From the IMG/VR virus record IMGVR_UViG_3300030118_005064, positions 1 through 55,670 of that record: a stretch of DNA of 55,670 nucleotides; one strand, given 5' to 3'. Below are positions 47,770-54,973 of this stretch, piece after piece. A program made the position numbers and the translations under genes. The DNA comes from a virus. Taxonomy: Duplodnaviria; Caudoviricetes. Every line of letters starts with the position of its first letter. Within the stretch, counting starts at the first letter, position 1. The notes below the pieces were generated by a model that saw only the letters and a list, made by a program, of their open reading frames with translations, did no database searches and had not been told where the DNA came from.

Positions 47770-48323
47770 TCCTCCTCGTCTGTTGGCCACATCTCAATCA
47801 GCGTGTTGCCATCGTAGCCTCGCTTGATGTGGATGGCGGCGGCAGGGAACCCGAAGGGGAACCCGCACTTGCTTGCTCCAATGATTCGCATTGACACAAT
47901 ACCTCCGTAGTCCATGACCATATTTATTCGCTTGAGACTTGACACCAATTTCGCAAGCGGTATCAGCAGGGCCACATTGTCAGCCACTTCAAAGCACTTC
48001 TCCAAGAACTGAGGGAAAATGCTGTACGGTGGGTTGGTGATAATCCAGTCCACCTTGTAGGGCCAATCAAAGAAGTCACGGCCCTCGGTGATTTCGCACC
48101 AGTCCTTGGCACTCCATTCGGGAAATTGGTCATAGAACGCACCATCGCCACGGCATGGGTCAAGTAGTATGGGTCGCTCTTGTGGAAGGTAATCGTAGAG
48201 AAGTTCATTGTAAAAAGCAATCATCTGCTTGGCGATGTGCCGTGGGGTCACCACCATGTCGTTGGGCTTGAGGTCGGGGTTGGCATCGGCGTTGCCACTG
48301 CCGAAGTTCTCGTGCAGGCTCAT
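47766..48323 (-). CDS. Amino (N6-adenine) DNA methyltransferase
   Basis: LDPCRGDGAF SAM motif; ITNPPY catalytic motif. Confidence 0.85.
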   Translation of the reverse strand: MSLHENFGSGNADANPDLKPNDMVVTPRHIAKQMIAFYNELLYDYLPQERPILLDPCRGDGAFYDQFPEWSAKDWCEITEGRDFFDWPYKVDWIITNPPYSIFPQFLEKCFEVADNVALLIPLAKLVSSLKRINMVMDYGGIVSMRIIGASKCGFPFGFPAAAIHIKRGYDGNTLIEMWPTDEEE

Positions 48324-48457
48324 GCTGTCACCTCCACCCAACCTTCACCATTACAATGAAGGCAATCCTCTCGTGAAATCAATCTCTTCGGGTTGTAGCC
48401 ACTACCGTCACAGTGTGAACACTTATTCCAGTTGGGGTAAAGAAAGGGTTCACTCAC
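48320..48457 (-). CDS. 45-aa DnaJ-type Zn-finger microprotein (below track cutoff)
   Basis: CSHCDGSG and CLHCNGEG (two CxxCxGxG); overlaps both neighbours by 4 nt. Confidence 0.7.
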   Translation of the reverse strand: MSEPFLYPNWNKCSHCDGSGYNPKRLISREDCLHCNGEGWVEVTA

Positions 48458-48654
48458 GCCGTCACCTCCTTCAAACGAGAGAGTGCGGCACGAGCATCAT
48501 CTTCGCTTGCGAAGTAAGTGACCTTCGGAATGTCAGTGGGTTGCTTGTAAGAGTTGAGCAACTGAAAGACCTCCTCTTGGTTCAAGTCAAGACGGCGAAT
48601 CCATCGTGACCTATCTGGGCCATAGTCCATGAGTACCCAAACAGTGAGATTCAC
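48454..48654 (-). CDS. Hypothetical protein
   Basis: ORF with GTGA overlaps. Confidence 0.5.
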   Translation of the reverse strand: MNLTVWVLMDYGPDRSRWIRRLDLNQEEVFQLLNSYKQPTDIPKVTYFASEDDARAALSRLKEVTA

Positions 48655-49160
48655 GCCGTCACCCCCCACCATGTGGGTACATCCGTTTTTCTGTAACGGA
48701 TGTTGTCTTTGCTTTGGTAGTAGCGACGGTAGGCCGTTACTGCGTTGTCGTGCTTGTACTCCACGGGCATCGCTTGAGCGAATGGGGTGTAGTCTCCTTC
48801 AGGGATGTACTGCTCCATGTACTCTATCATGTGCATGATGGGTTTCCGACAAGCATGCTCCTTGAGGTAGCGTTGCTCAAACTCCCGGCACAGTGCGAGA
48901 GCATGGGTCGCCAACCACATGAAGTTCATGCGTGACTCGCCAGCCCACAGTGTACAGGGGTGGTTTTTGTGAGTGATGCGCCACGGCGTCCCGCTCTTGG
49001 TGAGGATGCCGAACTGCCGACAGTCATCCTCGGTCATACCGTGACGACCGAGAGCCGCCCGCATCATTTGACCGGACTCAATAATCATCTTGCTCACTCG
49101 CTGGTCGTCAATGCACTGAGCCGCTTTCACGGGGTCGTTGTCAAGTACGAAGATGTTCAT
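48651..49160 (-). CDS. Pyrimidine-dimer DNA glycosylase (T4 endonuclease V-like family)
   Basis: MNIFVLD.DP...KMIIESGQM...HKNHPCTLW...WLATH...RYLKEH. Confidence 0.75.
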   Translation of the reverse strand: MNIFVLDNDPVKAAQCIDDQRVSKMIIESGQMMRAALGRHGMTEDDCRQFGILTKSGTPWRITHKNHPCTLWAGESRMNFMWLATHALALCREFEQRYLKEHACRKPIMHMIEYMEQYIPEGDYTPFAQAMPVEYKHDNAVTAYRRYYQSKDNIRYRKTDVPTWWGVTA

Positions 49161-49192
49161 TCAATCACTCTCTCTCTCTCCATTTACCGTAC

Positions 49193-49687
49193 TCAAACGA
49201 GTTTGTTGACTGCTTCGTACAAGTGGGGGTGCTTCTGCTTGAGTTCCACCAACGGCGTGTCGTACAGCCAGTCCTCAATGACGGACATGATGTCATCACG
49301 GGACTTGCCTGTGAATGCCAACAGTTCGCCGTAGGGCACATCGTTCACGGATGCACGCTTTGGGCGTTGCGGTTTCTGAACTGCGGCTTCTATGGCATCA
49401 GCGGCCATGAGTTCCTTGAGTTCTGCTTGCTTTGGTGCAATCGGTCCGTACGCCACGGGCGTTTGTCCCTTCATGTCGGGGGTTCTTGGGACACGGCGCT
49501 TGTCCAACTTGTTCTGTCGCCATGCGATGGACAACTGTGCGCCGATTTTCGCTTTGGTCAGGCCCTTGTAGGAACGGCGGTCAACCAATTCAAACGCTTC
49601 TGCCGGGGTGATAAAACCACCGTGAGTGTTGACCACTCGCACTGCAAACGCAATTTTTCCTTCTTCTTCTTCTCGTCGTAGTTTCAT
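49193..49687 (-). CDS. Hypothetical, possibly winged-helix DNA-binding protein
   Basis: Basic helical ORF; ATG at 49687 overlaps upstream stop. Confidence 0.5.
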   Translation of the reverse strand: MKLRREEEEGKIAFAVRVVNTHGGFITPAEAFELVDRRSYKGLTKAKIGAQLSIAWRQNKLDKRRVPRTPDMKGQTPVAYGPIAPKQAELKELMAADAIEAAVQKPQRPKRASVNDVPYGELLAFTGKSRDDIMSVIEDWLYDTPLVELKQKHPHLYEAVNKLV

Positions 49688-50007
49688 ACTTCGTCTTCCT
49701 CCTTTTTTTGTCTTGCGACTTTCACATCTGTCTCTACCCAACCATGCTTGGCTTCTCGTGAGCCAATCATGGTGATTTTCCCGCTGATGGTCTGATTGAT
49801 GGTCCATTCAAAATACTGCTCGGGCGACCAGTTGGCCCGGTATTCCATATCGTTGCAGTTCATGCACCAATCAGCATCCTCTTTGGCGAGGTCGGGGTGA
49901 TTGTAATTGGGCTTGCCACAATTCTCGCAAGCCGTGTAAGGCGTGAGTTCGTCAACCATGAGAACTCGTGTGATAATGCCGCCCACCTTGATGATTTCAA
50001 CATTCAT
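49684..50007 (-). CDS. Hypothetical Zn-binding protein
   Basis: CENC...CMNC. Confidence 0.55.
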   Translation of the reverse strand: MNVEIIKVGGIITRVLMVDELTPYTACENCGKPNYNHPDLAKEDADWCMNCNDMEYRANWSPEQYFEWTINQTISGKITMIGSREAKHGWVETDVKVARQKKEEDEV

Positions 50008-50771
50008 TCTTCTTCACCTGTTGCAATTTGCCATTCAGTTACTGACACAACTGCCCCTCGGACATGAGGGGGAAGCATGTGTCCGTTGTAGAAAGTGCCA
50101 GTCACGAACATGTCAGGCGCATCACCGTCAGCGTCACCGTTGTTCATGTCCATGAATGCGATGATTTCAGGACGGCTCAGTGCCGTCAGCGTGTACTCCT
50201 TCTCTATATGACCAATGGAAGGCTGACGAGATTCGGGAATGCTGGTCCTGAACGAATAGGTCGTCATGGCGTCATCGCCAGCCAGCAAGCCGTAGTCGTA
50301 CGGTTCAAGGGGCACTATCGTCTCACAAACAGGGCACTGCGTGATGACTGACCACTGCTCAACGAGTTCCTTCTCGCCGGTAGGAAGAATCATTTCTTCC
50401 TGCCCGTCAAAGTTCCAGCGGGCTTTCTCCAACGGGAAAGCCGAGAGTGGTGTGCCGCAGTTGCACTTCCAATTCTGTGCCATTTCTTGTCGCATCATCA
50501 TCTCCTGCATGTGTTGCTGTTGTGGTGAGAGGTGCTGTACATCCGTGAGTTGCGCTTCGCTTTCGTCCACCTGCCAACCAACACCTTCAATCAAAAGGCG
50601 CATGCGAATCCTCGCTTGTGCCGAGGTAGGGTTATTTTCCTGAGTAATCAGGCTGATGGATTTCTCACCGGTACGGATGTAGGACAAGCCAAGGCCAGCG
50701 GGTTGCCACAGGCCTCCTTCTCGCAGTCGCTCAAGAATTGTCAATGCGTTGTCTTCGGGTGTCTCATTCAT
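50004..50771 (-). CDS. Hypothetical protein with Zn ribbon
   Basis: CNCG...CPVC. Confidence 0.6.
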   Translation of the reverse strand: MNETPEDNALTILERLREGGLWQPAGLGLSYIRTGEKSISLITQENNPTSAQARIRMRLLIEGVGWQVDESEAQLTDVQHLSPQQQHMQEMMMRQEMAQNWKCNCGTPLSAFPLEKARWNFDGQEEMILPTGEKELVEQWSVITQCPVCETIVPLEPYDYGLLAGDDAMTTYSFRTSIPESRQPSIGHIEKEYTLTALSRPEIIAFMDMNNGDADGDAPDMFVTGTFYNGHMLPPHVRGAVVSVTEWQIATGEEE

Positions 50772-50953
50772 CACCACTCCTCCTCTTCGTCGTCCCAACT
50801 TTTCCAAAGCACCTTTGCTTCATCACGCATGGCCGCAAGTTCGCTGATGATGGTTTGGACATCAGCACCTTGGATGTGCATTTGAATCAATTCTGCTACA
50901 GTGTTGCGGACACCTTCGTAGTAGCCTTCGTCGTAATCTCTGCTTTCAGTCAT
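50771..50953 (-). CDS. Small acidic hypothetical protein
   Basis: ORF tiling. Confidence 0.5.
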   Translation of the reverse strand: MTESRDYDEGYYEGVRNTVAELIQMHIQGADVQTIISELAAMRDEAKVLWKSWDDEEEEW

Positions 50954-51207
50954 TCGTCCTCATCCTCTTCGCCAATTTCCATGACTACGACATCGCCAAC
51001 AACAATGTCGTCAAAAGCAATCATGCTGGTCGCCGCTTTGTTCACAGGTAGTCCCAGCAGTTTCCCTTCTTCGTTGCCGTACATGTAGCCAAGGTTGCCA
51101 GTTGGAATGAGTTCAATGTAGCCGCCCACCGCTTTTTGAATTTCTTCAAGCGAAGGGTTCCAGCCCATTTGTTCAATCGTGCCGTCCACTTTCAACAGGT
51201 ACGCCAT
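50950..51207 (-). CDS. DUF3846-like protein
   Basis: LEEIQKAVGGYIE...NEEGKLLGLPVN..AT...IVVGDVV. Confidence 0.7.
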   Translation of the reverse strand: MAYLLKVDGTIEQMGWNPSLEEIQKAVGGYIELIPTGNLGYMYGNEEGKLLGLPVNKAATSMIAFDDIVVGDVVVMEIGEEDEDE

Positions 51208-51308
51208 CACTCATCACCTCGCAAGGCTTCCTTTCGTTGGGCTTCTCGTGCTTTGAACTTCGCTCGGTATCGGCTCAGTCCTGCGCTTCGTTGGTTCTTC
51301 GTTGGCAT
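51207..51308 (-). CDS. 33-aa basic microprotein (below track cutoff)
   Basis: MPTKNQRSAGLSRYRAKFKAREAQRKEALRGDE; GAGGTGA SD; fills the gap. Confidence 0.5.
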   Translation of the reverse strand: MPTKNQRSAGLSRYRAKFKAREAQRKEALRGDE

Positions 51309-51319
51309 GTCTTCTCACC

Positions 51320-52843
51320 TCAATGTAGGATTGCGCTGAACATGGGAACATCGGCGAGTTGGTCGTCAATGGACTTGCCGTTGACTGCCTTCTTGGTGAT
51401 GTCGCCAAGTACAGTGTGGACCTTGCCGAGTCGCTCGGTCAAGGTGCTGAAATTGAGGGTGCTACCCTTGAGGGTCGTCTCGCCGTCCGTCCAAGTCGGC
51501 TTGTGAGTGAGAGCGCCGGTCAGGATGTTGTACACATGGTACAGGGAGCCGGTGTCTTCTTTGTCCACGGCGACCCATGGCTCTTGGTGGTTCGTCCATC
51601 CTTGTCCGAGGAGTCGCCACATGTGCCCACGGGTGATGGCAGAGACATTCCCGGTGTCGTCCCGCTTGATGACGGGCTTGGTGATGAGTCCCTTCCGCTC
51701 ACAAATCGTCATGAGTTTTTCAAAGATGTTTCTGTCAACCTTGACATCACGCATGGTTTCGGCCACGATGATTTCTTGTGCGGCCGCATCAATGACATCC
51801 ATGATTTTGCTGGCCATTTTGTCAAAGTCAAAGTTGCCCAGCGTGCCAACGGTGTGCTTGAGTTTGATGAGGTTCGCTGACTGGCCCATGACCATGCCGT
51901 TGGCACAGACGAGGCGCTCAGCAACGGCTTGCACCTTGAAGGATGAGGAGCCGTCCAAACTGTTGTAGATAGCGATGCCGACACGATAGTCGCCTTCACC
52001 CGTGAAGCCACGGGTTTGCCATCGCTGGCCCAACTTTGAGGAGGCTTTCCCCCAGTCAACATTGGAAGTGACATCCACGAAGCAGGCGGCTCGCTTGCCT
52101 TCGTCCCAAGCAATCACCTGAGCAGGCCAGCCTTTCTCCGCCGCCATGTCAAGGACAGGGCCGAAGCCCTTTCGGTAGGGCATGGGGTAGTATGAGGCAC
52201 TGAATGTGCCGAGGTAGGCACCGGCAGGCCGAGCGTTGTTGGCGTAGGTCGGGTTGAAAATGTGGTAGGCCACAGGCTTACCTGCGTTGTCGTTGACACG
52301 AGCCACGGTAGAACCGGCCTCGCCTTCTTCGTGCATGACGAAGGCTGGCTTGCGAACTGGGTCAAAGTCCCAGTTCATGCTTTCCAATTTCTTGCGACCG
52401 CCTGAGAACAGCATGTTGTCAAAGGCTTCTTCTGCCATGTGGAACTCCTCCGTTCCGTCTTGATTCACAACGGTGACCAGTGGCTGAGCCGAAGGCTGAG
52501 TCCACATCGGTGCGTTGTCGGTTGTTTCTTCTGCCGTGCCAGCAGGGATTGGCTCGCCGTATTCAAGGGCAGAGACAATCTGCATGTGTTCGTCAGTGAT
52601 GTGCAGTGGCTTGTAGTCCACGCCGATGTTTCGGTACACGGCTTGGCCCCGGTCGCTGTCGTCGGTTCGCACCAGTACGGCAACACGGTCGCCGGAGATG
52701 CGTTCAAACCTCGCAATCATGGTGCGAGGCAGGCGAACAGAGTTCACCCCCATGACCGATGGGTATTCCACTTCCACCATGTTCGGTGTGCTTTGCGTCA
52801 CTTTGGCAATCAATACGATGTCTTCCATGTTTTGTTCCTCCAT
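51320..52843 (-). CDS. DUF932/DUF945-family protein
   Basis: IYNSLDGSSSF...ERLVCANGM...LKHT motif. Confidence 0.7.
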   Translation of the reverse strand: MEEQNMEDIVLIAKVTQSTPNMVEVEYPSVMGVNSVRLPRTMIARFERISGDRVAVLVRTDDSDRGQAVYRNIGVDYKPLHITDEHMQIVSALEYGEPIPAGTAEETTDNAPMWTQPSAQPLVTVVNQDGTEEFHMAEEAFDNMLFSGGRKKLESMNWDFDPVRKPAFVMHEEGEAGSTVARVNDNAGKPVAYHIFNPTYANNARPAGAYLGTFSASYYPMPYRKGFGPVLDMAAEKGWPAQVIAWDEGKRAACFVDVTSNVDWGKASSKLGQRWQTRGFTGEGDYRVGIAIYNSLDGSSSFKVQAVAERLVCANGMVMGQSANLIKLKHTVGTLGNFDFDKMASKIMDVIDAAAQEIIVAETMRDVKVDRNIFEKLMTICERKGLITKPVIKRDDTGNVSAITRGHMWRLLGQGWTNHQEPWVAVDKEDTGSLYHVYNILTGALTHKPTWTDGETTLKGSTLNFSTLTERLGKVHTVLGDITKKAVNGKSIDDQLADVPMFSAILH

Positions 52844-52880
52844 TTGTTTTCTATTTGTTTTTGTGGTTTCAGAGAACCAG

Positions 52881-52912
52881 CCATTTCCTTTATTGTCAGT
52901 TTAAAAGGACTT
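52881..52912 (-). promoter_or_regulatory. Duplicated 32-bp promoter-like element, copy 2
   Basis: Identical to 45082-45113; 37 nt upstream of the DUF932 gene start. Confidence 0.75.
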
Positions 52913-52961
52913 GACTCCAGTCCTCGGAAAATGATATACCACGCTACTGCGTGCGGTGAAT

Positions 52962-53786
52962 ATGAGCAGGGCGCTTGAGATGGCTTGGATGCTGTTGAAG
53001 GCGTCCATGCCGCCGTTCGTCCCTCGTCGCTTGGATGACCAGTTGGGCATCGGAAGTTATCGTGCCGCTTACGAACCGCCGGAGGACTCCGACATTGGCT
53101 ATACAACCAAGTACGGCACGGGTGAAAAGTTGGCTGATACCATGGTGCTGGGTCAACTTGCAGAGATGTTCCCCGAAGCCTTCGTGGGAGAACAACTGCA
53201 TGCTTTACCAGTTCCCGAATCACAATTACCACTCTTCACCATGCAGGCTCGTAGGGACAAAGACGACCCACTGTCGTACAGCGAGCCTTACATGGCCGAC
53301 GAGTTCTTTGACTACGGTGCGGATGGTGGGCACAATGTTATGCCGGTGACCTACACCCAAGAATTGGGTGCACCCATTGAGTCCGATGTCAACTGGCGAG
53401 AGTTGGCCCCGCACATTGAAGTGCGTGACCGGTTGAGAGAACTGTACCCGCTTGCAGGTGCGCTTGGCGTCGGCGACACCAAGCCCGAAAACTTCGCACT
53501 GATGCCGGATGGCCTTGACATTCCTCAACTCAGCACCGCCGGTACCGTGAAAGTGATTGACCCCATGTTTGACTACCCCCGAAGGAGACCGTTCTACACG
53601 CCGGAGTTCAGACGGGAGGCCAGTCGCTTTCAGCAAGACCTCCCTGAATTGAGAGAGTTTGCTCAGCCCCTGTACGCTGGCCTTGACCAGTACAACGACC
53701 CCGCACTTGCTGAGCAAATGCTTGACGCCATTGTCCAAGGCGAGCAACAGAACCTGCAAAACATCCTCACTCCTCTGAATCCTTAA
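52962..53786 (+). CDS. Protein-kinase-like fold protein with N-terminal AWxxLK tag
   Basis: LGIGSYRAAY Gly loop, TTK lysine, GDTKPENF catalytic loop, KVIDP; starts MSRALEMAWMLLK; lone + strand gene in the - strand arm. Confidence 0.7.
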   Translation: MSRALEMAWMLLKASMPPFVPRRLDDQLGIGSYRAAYEPPEDSDIGYTTKYGTGEKLADTMVLGQLAEMFPEAFVGEQLHALPVPESQLPLFTMQARRDKDDPLSYSEPYMADEFFDYGADGGHNVMPVTYTQELGAPIESDVNWRELAPHIEVRDRLRELYPLAGALGVGDTKPENFALMPDGLDIPQLSTAGTVKVIDPMFDYPRRRPFYTPEFRREASRFQQDLPELREFAQPLYAGLDQYNDPALAEQMLDAIVQGEQQNLQNILTPLNP

Positions 53787-54102
53787 CGAAGGGTTCTGTC
53801 GGTAGACCGTAGAGAAGGTGTCCGAATCCGGGGTGACCTTTGCCTTTGGGAAAGGCACCACTCGGACGAGAGCCGTCTCTCGTACTGACATCAAGGTTAG
53901 TGTACACCGCACGCAGAACGAGGCGACCGACATCCCTTGAGAAAGCCTCCTCTCGTTTGATGAGTGAATCCCACGAAGGAGGTCGTCCATCTGCCGCACT
54001 GTAGGCACGGACCAACTCATCTATTTTCATCAGGATTGCGTAAGCGGTCTGATACGATTCGTTCAGCACAAAGGTTTCCATCCAGTCAATTTTGTCAGTC
54101 AT
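53767..54102 (-). CDS. Hypothetical protein
   Basis: ORF with ATGA overlap. Confidence 0.55.
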   Translation of the reverse strand: MTDKIDWMETFVLNESYQTAYAILMKIDELVRAYSAADGRPPSWDSLIKREEAFSRDVGRLVLRAVYTNLDVSTRDGSRPSGAFPKGKGHPGFGHLLYGLPTEPFVKDSEE

Positions 54103-54377
54103 GCGATTCGCCTCCAGATGTTTTTCCCGTTGGAATTTTTTTCCGCAACATAGCGTGGACTCATCCCCAAGAACACACCGAGTTGATAGGTGCTTTGAGG
54201 CATACCTCGTTTGCGGGATGGACCATATTGTGAAATTACAGCGTCCATGATTGAGCGAGAAGATTTGCAGTCTCCGACTGCCATGACGGCATCTACTCTT
54301 GCCAGTATGGCCCTTTGTCGTTGTTGTCTTTTACTCCGATGAAGGGGTTTGAATTTCTTCTCATCTGTTTCAATCAT
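54099..54377 (-). CDS. Basic hypothetical (possible wHTH) protein
   Basis: ORF tiling; K/R-rich. Confidence 0.55.
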   Translation of the reverse strand: MIETDEKKFKPLHRSKRQQRQRAILARVDAVMAVGDCKSSRSIMDAVISQYGPSRKRGMPQSTYQLGVFLGMSPRYVAEKNSNGKNIWRRIA

Positions 54378-54792
54378 CCAGTCCCAACTCCTCTGTCAGT
54401 TTGCGAATGCGGTTGTTCATTTTGAGCAGTTGCATCTGCCACTTCTCGGTCTGCTCTTTCACATGAGCCTCAATGATTTGCTTGGCTTCTTCTAAGGTGG
54501 AGGCTTTGATTTCTTCCAAGGCTTTGGTAACAGCGTCAGTTACGATGTCCCTCGCCGCTACTTCAATGACGAGTTCAATGTTGCCAAATTTATCCTCCAC
54601 TGCTTTGGTACGAGCCTCCAGTGACATCATGTTGTTTTGCACTTGGCGGTTCAATTTCTGAACGCTGTCTTTGGTTTTTCTTTCACTGTGACAAGCATCG
54701 CACCGAGTTTCCCACACCGCTGATGTGTTCGTCTTGGTCTTGAATGAAGTCCCACATATCGTGCATTCTCTGACTATGCCTCTTGCGCTCAT
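54370..54792 (-). CDS. Zn-finger plus coiled-coil protein
   Basis: CTICG...CDAC, then long heptad-like helix. Confidence 0.6.
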   Translation of the reverse strand: MSARGIVRECTICGTSFKTKTNTSAVWETRCDACHSERKTKDSVQKLNRQVQNNMMSLEARTKAVEDKFGNIELVIEVAARDIVTDAVTKALEEIKASTLEEAKQIIEAHVKEQTEKWQMQLLKMNNRIRKLTEELGLDD

Positions 54793-54796
54793 TCCA

Positions 54797-54973
54797 TCAA
54801 ACTCCGCACATGTTGTAAATCATAGCGATGACTCGCTGAACCTCTTCAAGTGTGTAGGGGTCATGATACTCATAGCCCCCTTCAAAGTTCAACTGCTCAA
54901 CGAACTTCTTGGGGAAGTAAAGTCCGTCGTTCAGCATGTATTCCATAGCCGCTCTCTCTTTCGGTGTCATCAT
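54797..54973 (-). CDS. Small hypothetical protein
   Basis: ATG overlapping the helicase stop. Confidence 0.45.
   Translation of the reverse strand: MMTPKERAAMEYMLNDGLYFPKKFVEQLNFEGGYEYHDPYTLEEVQRVIAMIYNMCGV

Noticed and set aside
32618-49180. (CT)n tracts at 32618-32629, about 34808-34820 and 49168-49180 as phase-variable microsatellites
   Set aside because: Short, and on the coding strand they are GA-rich SD/spacer sequences just before start codons; no evidence of length variation.
31219-52978. + strand ORFs opposite replication genes (e.g. 31924..32724, 42230..43033)
   Set aside because: Antisense shadows of well-supported - strand genes.
53226-54020. 264-aa - strand ORF as the real gene instead of the + strand kinase-like ORF
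   Set aside because: The + strand frame has coherent kinase motifs, the shared N-terminal tag and typical codon usage; the - frame has none.
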